From Podarcis vaucheri (lineage: Eukaryota), in assembly GCA_965113315.1 (NCBI GenBank), contig OZ220368.1: a stretch of DNA of 64,000 nt. One strand, written 5' to 3'. This document shows, in pieces, positions 13,882-27,234 of the stretch. Each line of letters starts with the position of its first letter. The first letter of the stretch is position 1. The notes under the pieces were generated by a model, which searched no databases, was not told where the DNA came from, and saw only the letters and a list, made by a program, of their open reading frames with translations. Position numbers and translations under genes: made by a program.

Positions 13882-14774
13882 TAGGCATGGGTGATATATC
13901 AATATATCGCCCAGGACCGGTATGTGGGGGCAGACCACAATGACAGCTTCACTCAGCGGTATATCACTGGTGAAAATGTCACCGCACTTGAGTCCCTCTG
14001 CCTCCAGCGCCCAGCGCACTGAGGGATGAACAAACTAGATGGGAGCTGGAGGCAGAGTGACTCAAATGGCGGCAGTTTTACCAGCGACATACCAGCGCCA
14101 TCGCATTCTGCCCCAGCAGAGGGAGAAGCAAGCTGAATCAGCGATGGTGGAAGGCAGCCAGGCAGTGTAGGGGCTCTTGGCTGCTGCTGGTGGGCCAGCG
14201 CTGGGCAGCAGCCTCCAACAGCCCCTCTCTGAAAGGCACCCCGTGCCTTACGAACTTCTCCCAGGAGGGTGGGCTGTGCCATTCCTCCAGGGGTGAATGA
14301 CCCCCCATGAGAGGAAAGAGACAGCGCACCTACACGTGTGAAAGTAAAGGCAGGCTCTGTGTACTTGGCTACTGTCGCTTAGTCCGTCTTCAGGGAGTGG
14401 GGGCAAGCTGGCAAGGTAACTCGCGCACCCCACCCCCCCATACAAGTGAAGGCAGAGGGAACTTGGCCAAGGAGCCCCAAGGTCCTTGCTGCTCCAGCAC
14501 GAGCGGCAGGGGCCTCAAGGCTCGCTCAGCTGGAGGCAGGAGCCTTTCTGCCCCCTGGCTGAGCAGCAGGCTGGGGCCAGCTGCATTGGCCACAGCCCAC
14601 CATGTGCTAGATGAAAGCATCTCAGCTTCCACGATGAAAGCTGCAGCAGTTTCACCTGGCATCTCACAAGCTGGGGCCATTGCAGGTTTTTTCAGCATCG
14701 TGGTATATCGCCAAACGCAGATGACTGGCTGGCAATACACCACGATGTTGAAAACCCAGTATCACCCAGCCCTA
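13882..14774. mobile_element. Non-autonomous hAT element (TAGGG-type TIR), 893 bp, GC-rich interior
   Basis: TIRs taggcatgggtgata / tatcacccagcccta. Perfect 8-bp TSD ATCACAGT at 13874-13881 and 14775-14782. No transposase ORF. Confidence 0.9.
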
Positions 14775-14789
14775 ATCACAGTTATGTGA

Positions 14790-14955
14790 GCCTGTGTGGT
14801 AAGGTGGTTAGAGACGGAGACCTAGGCTCAAATCCCCATTCAGCCATGAAATTCGCAGACAAACTTAAGGCTGTTGCTACCTCTCTGCCTAAATTCTCAC
14901 AGAGATAGTGTGAAGATAAAATGGAAGAGAGTGATGTATACTGTCTTAAGCTTCT
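14790..14955 (+). mobile_element. Degenerate tRNA-derived CORE/Squam3-like SINE
   Basis: A-box-like gtgtggtaaggtggttagag, B-box-like ggctcaaatcc, then cagccatgaa...ctcacag...gtgaagataaaatgg. Confidence 0.65.
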
Positions 14956-17261
14956 TTGCTATAAACTTAATAATCTTGGTATCTATTTGGGTAGGATTAC
15001 ACAAAAATCACTTGTGTATTACTATGTATCGTTAATTTTCCTGAGTTTTGCACAACTTTTTGCTCCTTCCCTTCTTTTTGTATTATGCTTTTCTAATATG
15101 TTATTTTCTGGAAAAAGCATTGAAAAAATAATAGTAACAACTACTACTACTACTCTGCTGCTGCCGTTACAGGAGGTACCATGTATCATAAACCAGTTTC
15201 TACAGATTATTCTTTTTAATTTCTGTCGCAATTAAGCTATGTCCTCTTTGCATTAAGGTAATAAATTTTGGGGGCAATTCATTGTGTAGTAAGGTTCCTA
15301 AGAACATTATAGATAATCTGGGGTTAATTAGCTGACTGACCAATTAAGTGCTTCCGCCCCCCTCCTTTACCAGAACATTTGTATAAACTGAAATACCTTC
15401 CAAGTGGTTCTGGCTAGATCAAATACTAAGTAAGCATGGGCCTCAGTTTTCCTCAATACAGACAGGTAACTTCATGCTCACTTTTTTGGTGCAGGTTACA
15501 GGGGACAAATAGCCTTCCAAATGTTGGACTCCCAACTCAGCTCCAACCAACATAGCAAAAGGCCAGGAATGATGGGGCACCACACTGACTATCCCTGTTC
15601 TAGGCGATGTTAGAAAAGGTTGAGAAGAATGAAGAGGATTTTCAGCCTTACAGATCTGATTTTTCCCATCAGTAAAAATCAAGCCTAAAAAGCACCCTTA
15701 GGCCAGAAAAGTGACAAAGAAATTAATAATTAATCCAAATCCTGGGCAGCCCAGCAGAGCACAATACTTTAAAAGAAATCCAAGCACATACAAACCAAAG
15801 CCATTCTTTGAACGCCAGCACCCAGGAACTGTGGCAGATGCAGGATTGATGCAGCTGCTCCAGCAAGCCAGTTCAGAGAGCCCTTTCCTCGACAGCTCAC
15901 CCTGATGCCATTCTCAGAAGTCACTCACTTTTTTCCACATTGCCTTTTTATTGTTTCAACTTTTTTGTTTTCTTTCAGAGTAACAAAGAACAGAGAGGAG
16001 GGAAACCCACAACACTTTAAACTTAAGGCTATTAAAAATGAAAAGCAAAAAAAGGAAGCTGGGAAGGTGGAGGGGGGCAGGGAAAGAGAATAGAGGGGAT
16101 ATTTTCTCTTGCCTTTAAGGAAGGGTCTTTTTCTTTTTCAACCTGCTTTTGAAAGAGTCAAGCCCCATAAAGATCTTTACCTTTCCAGATGCCTGTAGCT
16201 CTTGATAAAGGTGAAGAGGAACAACTTATGTTGGGCTGAGAAGAACAAATCCCTTCTTTTGTTCTTGGCAAAAGTCTTTGCTAATTGCTTCTAGGCGCTT
16301 TCTGTATTTGTCAGTTAACACTGGGAAAAAGCAGGGTAGCACAAGAGAGGGAACAAAATCAATGGGTGACAAAGTGGGGGGAAATAATATCTCTCTGGCG
16401 GCCTCAAAAGTACAGAAAGAGGGATAAAGTAAAGAGAATGGGAGAGGTCTCAAAAATAAAGAAATGACCCGATACTGCTTGGGTGAGCCCCATTTTTCCT
16501 ATCAGCTTTTACAGGGGGCAATACGTTTTATTCATTGCCAGGACTGACTTATCGCAGCCTTGTTTTTAATGAGGTATAATAAGGAGAACATTTTGTAACA
16601 ACACGGCTCCGCTATTTTATCCGACAAACAGCTGTGTCATGGCCGTCGCCGGGAGAATGAATCATATCTCTCTGCCTGCATATGCGAACTCCCATGTAAT
16701 TACCCTTGCATCTTAAATAAAGCAGGCCCTAAACCTGTCGCTCAGATTACAAGCAAGCGGAGCAACCCTCGTAACTGTGGCCTCTATCATTACAATTAAT
16801 TTATCACAGAAGCGCTGAGATTAGAGACTGGAATTAAAACACAGTAAGGAGGGTACCACTGTGATGACAACAAATGAATCTGAGGGGGGACAGGGGGGTG
16901 AGATAGTTTTATTGCAAAGGTTGAGAAGCCTAATTTCTTAAGTAGATAAACATGGAGGGAGTTCTATACTTTACGTAAAGCTGGAAACAGCAGGTACTCT
17001 CTCCCTCTCTCTCAGGAAACAGTGAAAAGAACTTGGGCCTTGAGTAGGCCCAAAATGTATGTAGGCATGTAGGTCATTCGGACAATAATAATATACCCAC
17101 AAGTGTTTACGCATTTTACATCTTATTTTAAACATGATGTACATTTTTTAAAGGACTTGTGTACATGCTCTCACAAAAAGTGGGAAATGCCATCTTGCAT
17201 CCATTTGTATTTTCGTTCTCCAGTGTGCATGCACAGAATGATCGCAGCACTTCCTTCATGT

Positions 17262-17468
17262 ATTATTTATTTAACAGAATTTATATACCACTTGCTTGTA
17301 GAAAAGCCTCTAAGTGGTTTGCAATAAATACTAACATTATCAATAAAAACAGTTTAAAACATTTAAAAACATCTAAAGGTAATTAGAATTAACAGTGAAA
17401 AACACCAAAACACACTAACATCTACATGACTGGATAGGCTTGCCTAAATAAAAATGTTTTAAGCAGGC
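17262..17468 (-). mobile_element. L2-type LINE 3'UTR remnant
   Basis: ttatttattt tail followed by atttatataccacttg...aagtggtttgc, an A-rich tract and gcttgcctaaataaaaatgttttaagcagg. This resembles the reverse complement of an L2 ORF2 end plus UTR. Confidence 0.5.
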
Positions 17469-20181
17469 ACATGTGCTGCTTTGTCATTGTGAAGTTCCTT
17501 ATTGGCCGAGGCCCTTTTTAATTAGTTTTTTTATTACTTTGTCATTATATTTTTAAAAAGCCCCAGATAGGAAAGAGATCTCCAGTGACACTGCACACAA
17601 GTAATTTATACATGTCTGTGCTAAAAGCTACTGAACAGTCCAAAATGTGACTTGCCCATTTTGAAGGTAGTCTTTTTCTTTCTTTCTTTCTTCAAAATGA
17701 TGCAGACAGAATACCTCAAGCTTTTTGACACCAACTTTATTGTCTCCTCCTATCTACTTCATAAACTGACCAGCTGCTAAGGAGGGGGAGGGTCAAATCC
17801 CAAACTTCTCCTTCAGACATTAAGCAAGGGGAGGTAAGGTGGGGAAGGGACTTAACCCCTCCCAAATGGTCTCTTACTTTAATGTGGAACGGAGGGTTTT
17901 TTATTTGATTTTGTAACATGAGAACAGCTTGGTGCAGTCCTGTATCAGTACTGTATACGGAAATGTTTACTGCACATAATTTCAGCATCATGTTATCCAT
18001 ACTGTGTCACCAACTGCAGGTTTTGAAGTAGACAAACGGGGCCTACACTGAATGTTGCAGGGTATCCTCTATTGTAGCATATCTTCTATTGGACTTTTCC
18101 TCACCTCCTAACAGCAGTACTCCTGTGCAGATTGCCAGTCAGCCATGCCATACTTCAGGATACTCCAGTCCATTCCCTCTCCCCCTCTCCTTTCCTTTTC
18201 CAACTGGCATTCAGCATTCCATGGCTACTGAGCATGCTCAGTGCTCATTAAGACCTTGCAGAAGGCGATGTTGAACTCTTAGGTCTGACTTTTAAAATAT
18301 TTTTGAAGTTATGGCAACCTTGTGGGTTCCCCAAGCATGCTATTAGCACCTGCACCATATATCCTTCTCCTGCTCCATGGCCCCCTTTTGGCTCCAGTCC
18401 TGTCAGCGTTCACCACCTGAGTTTGCCATTAGGACTGACGGACAAAAAAGAAGCATGTCTTCAATATCTTATTAACTCTTCTGGTGTGTATTTTAAACCA
18501 GTATCCACATTAACACATACAAATGACAAAGCTGGAGGAGCAGGTGGTATAATCCTAAAGATTCAAAGGGCCACAAGAAACAACAAGCAATGCAATGTAA
18601 TTGCAATAAAGGCACAAAAACAATGGGACCTTCCAGGAATTTGGCAAGAATGGGAATGTGCTAGATCAGCCACACACAAACCTCTTATAGTTAGGAACTC
18701 TATTCCTTTCTGAAGTGTATATATGCCTCCTTTGAACCACAAAAGTCAGCTTCCCTGCCAAGCACCCAAACTATTCTTGTGGCGATTTTAAAATACAATG
18801 GGCAGCAAGTAAATTGAAAATTGCCCAACAAAACTGCAGCCTTTCACAGGCCAGTCAGGGTCATGTAAATTCAGCAGATTATCCATCCCTAACTTCCCTC
18901 ATGTATCACCAGCCTCTGTTATCGATCTGCTCCTCCAAGGAAGCAGTACCATACCATCCCTTGCTGAGTCCTGCAAATCCAGTCAGACACTTTTGTGACT
19001 GTTGCAGAACACATTAGGAGAAGTTCAGTAGCGCCTGGTTTCTGCACACCATAATCTGATTTGGGCCATAACATGTGTACATAGGGACACTCAGCTGCAC
19101 TGTCACAAAAATCCAATAAAATGGTTGACAGCTGCACTGACAGACATAATGGCTGTGTTAGCATGAAATGGTAAACCATGGTTTAGTGTTACAAGGACAA
19201 GCCAGTGATCCTCCTACAGTGCAGATGTGGGAAGAGTTCAAAAGTTTTTGCTTTCCTGCAACTCGTAATGATGCCCGAGACCAGACAAACTGTGGTTAAC
19301 CTTAAGTATGGTTTGCTTAAACAAGTCAAAGTTAAGCTCCACTTTATGAATTTGTTTTGTTTCATCAAACCCTAGATAAGACTAACCACAATTTAGGATT
19401 TGGATGCAACACTAAATTATGGTCAATGTAAAATGGAAGTGGAAGTTTTTTACCTTCCCCCTGCAACTGTGCCAGAGAAAGAGAACTGGAAAGCACACAA
19501 ACCCAAGATGTGCTGTCGCTCATCCTCTTTGGAGACTGATCTCATTGCAGCACTGGGCTAGAAGAAATGGAACCTCTGTTCCCAGTTATGTAATGAGGGG
19601 AACCCCCTGCTTCTCTGCTGATCACTGGAAAACCACGGGGGGTGGGGGGGTGAGTGAGTGAGTGAGTGAGTGAGAGAGAATGTGGGTTGTATGTGCAATG
19701 AAAGTGTGTACATCTGTGCATTAGTGTGCACTGGCAGCTTTGGCTATACCCACCGCTGGCATGCGGCCCTCATAGAGTTGAGCCATCCTCACTGCACCCT
19801 AACAAGCCAAAAATAGCCTAGCAAGCCAATCCTAGCTTAGTGTGTGACATGTAAACAGTCAATAACTAATGGCAAACGAGCATCCTTAGACCTAAGCAAG
19901 TGGCAAATTCATACTTTTTTCTCTTTACTTCAAAGCCAATGAGAGTTATGTAATTTTAGTGCACCATCACTATGGTTGCTCTACAGTCATAGACTCTGTA
20001 GGGAGCAATTGCTCAGAAGCTATTCCCAGAGCACCCATCCCCATATTGTGTAAGGAAGGCTCTGTTCAGGCTCTACTAAAGAACTACTCTTCAGAATTCC
20101 AGGTTTAACTCATAGAAGCTTTGCGAACCCCTAGCCTTAAACAGAAACCATCGAACATGCAAACCAAGTACAGCTTCGTTT

Positions 20182-20422
20182 GCAGTCCTAGCCCCACTTA
20201 CCTGGGAATAAATTCCACAGAATTCAGTAACACTTACCCTATAACACGCACCCGACCATAACACGCACGTAGTTTTTAGAGGAGGAAAATCCGTAGGCAT
20301 GCCACCCGTAGGCATTCCCTCCATAACACGCACAGACATTTCCCCTTACTTTTTAGGAGGAAAAAAGTGAGTGTTATGGTGCAAAAAATACGGTACTTCT
20401 GAATAAGTTTGGCTAGGATTGC
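20182..20422. mobile_element. Short palindromic repeat (~85 bp when the insert is removed) interrupted by a Tc1/mariner MITE
   Basis: Ends gcagtcctagcc / ggctaggattgc are inverted (11/12). An uninterrupted relative lies at 40603-40680. Confidence 0.7.
20237..20393 (-). mobile_element. Tc1/mariner-superfamily MITE, copy 1 (one TIR carries a 12-bp deletion)
   Basis: Reverse complement of 28746-28914 with 3 substitutions. Flanked by TA at 20235-20236 and 20394-20395. Confidence 0.9.
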
Positions 20423-20544
20423 CCTGTAAGTCAGTGCTTCAACACAAGATAAACACAGACAAAGTAAGTACTGAAATTAAAAAAAATATTATTCATCTCT
20501 AACTACTTCATCTGTCACCTGTGTCTGATCGATGACAACAAGCT

Positions 20545-20712
20545 TGGCACACTGGATAGACAATTGTATTTGGTCCAGTCAGACCTGGGTTCAAATCCTC
20601 ATTCAGCTCCCTGCATAAGCTTGAGTGTTCAAGCCTCTGTCTAAACTACCTCAAACTGGGAAAACTCTTAATCTGCATCACAAGATTCTTGAAGGAAGAG
20701 CGAGATATAAAT
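20545..20712 (+). mobile_element. Degenerate CORE/Squam3-like SINE
   Basis: B-box gggttcaaatcc, followed by ctcattcagc...ctacctca and a gaaggaagagcgagatataaatg tail. Confidence 0.6.
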
Positions 20713-22366
20713 GATTAGGTGGCAATTTCACAGGCAATTTAATTTAACTACCAATTTCTGCTCTAGAAATATATTGGCTCTAGCATTTAGCCCACCACAC
20801 CCAACCTGTTCCTGTTTCCATTTGGAAATAACAGTTTTTGGCTGTTTTAGAACCTGTCTGTCCAGTATCCTAGGCACAGATTAAATTGCCTACCACTGCC
20901 TTGTCAGCAACTATTCATTGGTTTTGAAGGATATTTCTTCCCTGAAACCTAAATGTATTAATCTTCTATCCTGAAATTCAGTCATTAATATTTCAGATGA
21001 TGATGACCCAACTGAAATGTTCATACATATGGCTGATACCATTCCTATACCCTGTGCAGCAGTGTACCGCATAACTCTTTAGGGGCGCAGAAGCTACATT
21101 TCTAGTGGCAAAAGAGATCCTGCCCCAAAGAAAAGTCAAAATATCAAGACACCAAATACTTCATGGGGCAGGTCAGCACAATATGGCTTTTGGACAGAAA
21201 AGTGGCCCCATATCATATTTTTCACTCCAATGTGACTTTTCTCTCATTATGTGTAAGCAACCTGATGAATTTTCATGTGCACAAGCCAACAGATGCACCC
21301 TATTATTTTGTGCAATTATGGGGGGGAAATGCTGTGGTCCACCTCTGGGTCAGAATGCTACCTCCAAATAGGTCAATACATATCCAGAATTACCAAACTC
21401 ACAGCAGGGGGTTCAGAGTCACAACCTTCAGCTTGCACCCTTGCTTCCAACAATACCTGAGACACAACGAAGCCCATAAATGCACCTCCACACACTGCAT
21501 TTTATTGATATTAATAGTTATTGTGGGCCAAATGCTAGTCAAGGTGTGTTCAAAATATATCCTACACGAAATATTAATGGTACTACAGTAGTCTTTTAAA
21601 TCTACTTGCACTCTGAAGCTGGGAGATATGAAGAGATGCTACAAGAGATGGGAATTCTTCCTCCATCCTTCCCAGTAAGGGTCTACATTGGCTCAGGATG
21701 GCAATTCATAGTCCATCATGCCCCCCCCTTCCAATCAGTGCAATATAAGAAGGTGGACTGTAAATTCCTTCCACATTAATAGCAATGGTTGATGCTCAAT
21801 GGACCTATCCTGAGAACCCTCCATCCCAAGGGGCTTAAAATTTGGCAGAGACCTATGAGACACACTATGCACTTTCCTTTCATCTGCTTTTCCCACACCA
21901 GAAACAATATCCCAAAGGTAGAAAAAATATGAGACCAACCATGCTTCTTTGTCCCAGTGCATGTGGTGTGGGAGGGGTATGTACAAAATTACAGTTGATT
22001 TCTTGACTTTGAGAACCTATGCTCTGGAGTAGACACACAAAAGACAGTGGTGATTAAGACAATACCACAAAGACAAAAAAAAAGCTGTTTTTCTTTATGG
22101 AAAGAAATGAAATCTATTCTAATTGGTGGTGAAGTCAAAAACACATAAGAAAATCCCACCCTTAAAATCCCCAAACGCCTGTGTTTTGAAAATGTTTAAA
22201 TCGTGAAGATATAGTAACTTCTGTAGCGCGGCCTTTAGCACCTCTCAAAGAACTTGAGTTACCAGGGAAAAGGGGGAGGGTGGTGGAAAAGAAACCTGAC
22301 TTCAGTTACAGAGACGCCCCCCATTGCACCACCCCAACCGATTCACTAAACAGTGCTGAGACCAAA

Positions 22367-22522
22367 NNNNNNNNNNNNNNNNNNNNNNNNNNNNNNNNNN
22401 NNNNNNNNNNNNNNNNNNNNNNNNNNNNNNNNNNNNNNNNNNNNNNNNNNNNNNNNNNNNNNNNNNNNNNNNNNNNNNNNNNNNNNNNNNNNNNNNNNNN
22501 NNNNNNNNNNNNNNNNNNNNNN
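22367..22522. other. Assembly gap (156 N)
   Basis: Run of N. Confidence 1.
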
Positions 22523-25399
22523 TATCAGCAAAATCTGGCGCTTTCCAGCACTTTTTTTTGGGATAAAGTTTGTTCCTATTCCCTGCCCCAGTACCCTGCA
22601 GTTTCCCCCTAGCCACTGGTTGCAGGGGACGCTGCATGTTGGTATCACACTGCCAAGGAGGCACATCTGGAGACACTTTCTGTATGGAGGTCTCATCAGC
22701 ATCTAAATGTACATGGGCAGCTACACCCGCAGGATACAGTTATGGATCTGTTTATCGCCATGATTGCAAAAACACTAAAATGCTAATAGAACAATGAGTA
22801 ACATCAATAAACACAGTTAAGGGGCTGAGACAGGCTCAGTGGAACCAGCACCCTTTCATGCTTAGATATTCCCTCAGATGAAAAGGAACATTGAACATTT
22901 GCACATGGAAGAGGAAATGAGAGGAAATAAACCATTCATTAAAAACCTGTATGTTTTATCAGACCTGTCAAAGGTTTGGACATGCAAAGACACAGGGAAC
23001 GAGCATGGTCACAGAAGCTTCTAGACAAGCAAGGCTAGGAGAGCTACAGCATCCTTTCCCAATCCGGATACTTTCTAGAATGCCCAACATCCCTGCCTGT
23101 GCACATAAGCAAAATGCATGTAAGTGGGGAGCCTTGTCAAAGCAGATAACTAGGGTGATTTAAGAGGCATCAGAAATGCCCTTTTCTTTTATACTGTACC
23201 TTTGCCTCCAGAGTGCAAGAAAATGTAGGGAACCGTGTGACCGAGCCCGCTGCAACACAGCTTCCCTCCCAACAGCTGTTGAGTGGGATAGCGCAACATC
23301 AGCGGAGCTCCCATGCGCCATTTTGGAGCCCATAAATGCTTAAAAAAAAAAAAAGCCTTTAAAATCTTTATTTCTGCACTTTTGGCTCACTGACATCCTC
23401 CTCGGCCTCTGGGGAGGGTCTCATGATGAGCAACAAGAACTTTCCAGCTCTCTCCCATCATTCCCAGGTTTGAATCTATTTATTTATTTATTTATTTATT
23501 TCCTGGCACCACACACACAAGTCAATCGTGCATAAGTGGGGAAATGCCTGTACTAAGAAAGCCTAATGGATCTTCACCTTCTGAAGTGGTTTCTTTCCTT
23601 CCTAAGTTTTCTTAAAACCTTGCTAAACATCCTAAACTACTAAATCAGAGATGTGGGAGCCAGATGGATCTCCAATTTCAAAAGCATGCAGCACACATTA
23701 AAGCAGTGATCATGTATTTTTCATATTTTCATTTGCAACTTAGGCACTGTGTATGTTGTCAGGGCTCAGGGTATTTGTAAAATACATGTTTCATCCCTCC
23801 TAAGGGCTCCTTACTTCTTTAGAGGCTGGAGTGGTTTAAGAATAATGACATTTTGCTTTTGGTTTATTAATTTTTATTGTGCCCTATGGTCACATTTTCA
23901 GGTTTTTCTCCACCAAACTTAAGGAGCAGAAATTTGAGAAACAAAGCCTTTGTCCTCTTTGATTTCATGCTGATACAAACTTCTTTTAAAAACCCTGAGT
24001 CATGTGATTAAATTGTGAAGGGTGGTAATTTGATTTACTGTTATTTTCCAAGAAATATTTAAACAGAAGTTATCTGGGAACCCTATTAAAAAACAACAAC
24101 TTATTAGCCTCTGCAGGTGGAATGTGGAATGAGAGGAGAGGAACCCTTGTTTCATCTAAGGCTTGTGTAAAGGGCTCGCTTTGAGGTCGAAAAACAGTAA
24201 TAAATGATTCATTGTGTGAAATGTTCACTTCACATCAAGGGCTGAATCCTGAGATCCATAGAATGAATGGAAGATCAGAAAAAGGGGACTCCCTTGTCCC
24301 CCTTGCAGACAACTTCTCGACAAGACTTTCCTAGGGTGAGTGGGTTGTGGCATCTTCTTCAGTGGTATGGGATGCAGTATGAGGGTGTGGGGCTGCAATG
24401 GGAATCAGGAATTGCTCCAAATCAGACAGAAGCACATTGCAAGGAATCTCCTCTCCCTCACACTTTAATCTATATAGTAGCATGTCTAAGTCAACTCACA
24501 CAAGCCCATGAATATTTATTCGGTAAAACAACCAGTAACTAGAGCAAGAGAGCAGTTGGTAGCAGCGTTAGGAGAGATGAGTTCTCTTCACTTGAGCAAA
24601 AACAAGAATCCCCGTTTCTGGAAATGCTCTCTCTTTTTTAACCCTTCGAGACTTCCTGGGACAATTTGTCACCAGGGTTATTAGCATTTCTTCTGAGATA
24701 TTGACAGCTTGTCTTTCTTGCCTTCCAACCAGTGAGTGATTTCTTCACACAGTCGCCAAATACTGCCAAATCACCATGGTAAATGTATCGACAGAATCAT
24801 ATTAACAGCTGCTGTGCATTTACAGCACCGTAAGTTATACAGAGAGGCGGAAACACACAGGGAAATAAAGCAGCCCCAGTCAGCAGTAGTGACAAGCGTT
24901 TATTTAGCAGTTGCTGCCTGGAACTATTTTTTATGCTTTAATTGCTAATTGTAAGATCCCATAAAAGAGCTGCCTTGGACCAAATTATTTGTCATCCCTC
25001 AGAGCTGAGCATCCATATGTTAGTTACCTGGCTACACAAATGACTTACCTGGACACTGCCCAATAATATAATAAAGTGAGCTACCTATTAACACGATACA
25101 GAGGATGCCAACAGACTTAAGAGCTCGTGTAAGATAATCAAGGGAAGACCTGTCTTGTGACAGAGTGTGACCCAAATTTTGCCATCTTACTTTTGTTCCT
25201 TCTTGGCATTGCCACAATGCACTCAGGGTTGGTAAACAAACTGAGTCCCAGAGTTCCCTGAATATCTCATTGTAATGTCCAATGGGCAATCACTTATTTC
25301 ATTTTATGAATGTATATCCCATCCTCTAATGAAAACACATTTTCAGAGCAGCTTACACAAAGCAAGTTAAAAGTAACAACAGTGGTTCATTCCACTGCA

Positions 25400-25525
25400 A
25401 CAGCCTTTCACAATCAGAACCCTCTAGACGTTTAGGACTACAATTTCAGTCATCCCATACCATGCTGGCTGGGGTTGATGGGAGCTGTAGTTGAAAACAT
25501 CTGGAAGGCATCAAGTTGGGGAAGT
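25400..25525. mobile_element. Decayed URR1-like hAT-Charlie palindromic MITE
   Basis: ctctagacgtttaggactacaatttc...gatgggagctgtagttgaaaacatctggaag is similar to the intact copy at 58788-58923. Further remnants lie near 15500-15580 and 57125-57215. Confidence 0.65.
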
Positions 25526-27234
25526 TTCACAATAAGAAGTCCTCTCACCCTAGAGGGGCATTCTTTGTCCTGTCATTTCTTTGTACTGTCACTATCCTGG
25601 TTCTCCTTCGTTTTATGTGACACGGTTTATACTTTTCTTTTTGAGGTAATTTCTGTCACCACCCCACCCTACACAATGAGGACAGAAAGTTAATTTCACT
25701 GGCAATCAACCTGGCTGCAGAAATGAGCTAAGTGAACAAATAAGCTGCGAGAAGTGGTAGAAACTCCCCAGGAAATTTTTGAAGAAAACTGCCCACAATG
25801 CAGCATGTGCATTTAACATTCCCAAATCCTGGAAAAAGCCTGCCCGTCACAACCTCCTTACTAGTCCACTCGATATTCTTCCCAATAAGCTTAAGAAAAT
25901 AAACTCCTTAAAGCCAGGGCTGAAAAAGAGAGAGAAACCCCCACCTTTTCACTCTCCTCCAAATCTCCCTAGCTATTAAGCCTCTTAGAAGTTAGAATGT
26001 TGCTGAAGAAAGTGAGACCACGCCAAGCAGCTTAGGAAAGGCCTACGGCTCCATGTGGGAGGGGTGGGAATGGGTGTATGTGGAGAGGCAAGGAGTACAA
26101 GAGGTATGTGCAGCTGCAGCCGTAGCAGTACTTTGCTAGTCGGGCAAGAGAAAAAAATAAAAAATAAAATTTGTGTTGTCCTTTTTTCTTCTTCTTTTTC
26201 ATTTTCTGATTTTTGTCTGATTAGAAATTCAGCAAGTCAGACAAACTTTGAACAGATGCCTGAATAATGATTTATATATTTAACTTCCTGTTGTAGCAGA
26301 AACAGAAAAACACAACTTTCAAAGATAGCTCTGGGGAATTTGAAGGCCTCTGTTGCCCTTCAACAATGTTTTCAACATCAACATTGCCCACCCTAGCCTG
26401 TCCCTCCTACCCAACTAGAGCTTACAAAGCTAGAACATACCCTATACGTGAAACTGAGTTAATGGCTAATATATTGAGAATTAAAGGCAATTGATTATGT
26501 TTCTGCAAAATGCCAACTTGCTCTAACATATCATCATCTCTTTTCCCACTGTTAACTGTATCTGAAATTAACTGGGCTTTTAAAATATGCTGCTGCTGCT
26601 ACTCCTACTTATCCTCCCTTCACCTTAAGATCCCAGGATAAGTTACAACCTTTTAAAATGCAATATTAAGAACAGTTTAAAATTATTACAATCACAAAAA
26701 CAAGGTGGGTCCTAAGAGTGATGTTTCAACTGCACATAAGAGTTCTCTTCTGGATGCACCCTCAGATAATGGCAGTCATTCTGTCTCTATGGGAAATGCA
26801 AAATGCTACACTTGGGGACGACATGTGCCTATCACACCTGACAGTGAAGTGGCCCAATAACTAACCATTGGGAAAGTGGAACAACATTCTATTTCTCTCA
26901 CCTGAAGGCAGGTCCAGGAGCTGCAGGGAGAAGGTGCCAGCATGCTTCTGGTGATCAATGAATTTCCATACTTCCACCCCTGTCCACTGAAATTCACATG
27001 CAGAGCTCCTACGAGTACCAGGCTTCCCACTTCATATCTTCACATCTGAAGGAAACAGTGAAGCTAGCATCCTCATCCCCACTTGCTTGATCCTAATTAT
27101 TACACCAAAAGAGGAGAATCTCACTCTGGAATGTAACTCTAAGCAGAAATAGAATTCAGCACAGGACTGTGATGGTGGGCTAGGGCTATGGAAACAGTGC
27201 TTCAGTTTATAATGGCTTCCACTAAGTTTTATGG

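Noticed and set aside
13282-13884. 200-aa ORF and overlapping antisense ORFs
   Set aside because: These arise from CA-rich low-complexity sequence with few stops. No recognisable domain or splice context.
18227-18242. 16-bp palindrome ACTGAGCATGCTCAGT
   Set aside because: Isolated. This kind of motif is common inside old reptile repeats, and there is no supporting context.
19140-19560. Degenerate fold-back region with aaaccatggttt-type motifs
   Set aside because: Probably an old DNA-transposon-derived repeat, but the ends and TSD could not be defined.
22280-22706. ORFs spanning N runs (also 50371-50730)
   Set aside because: Artefacts of assembly gaps.
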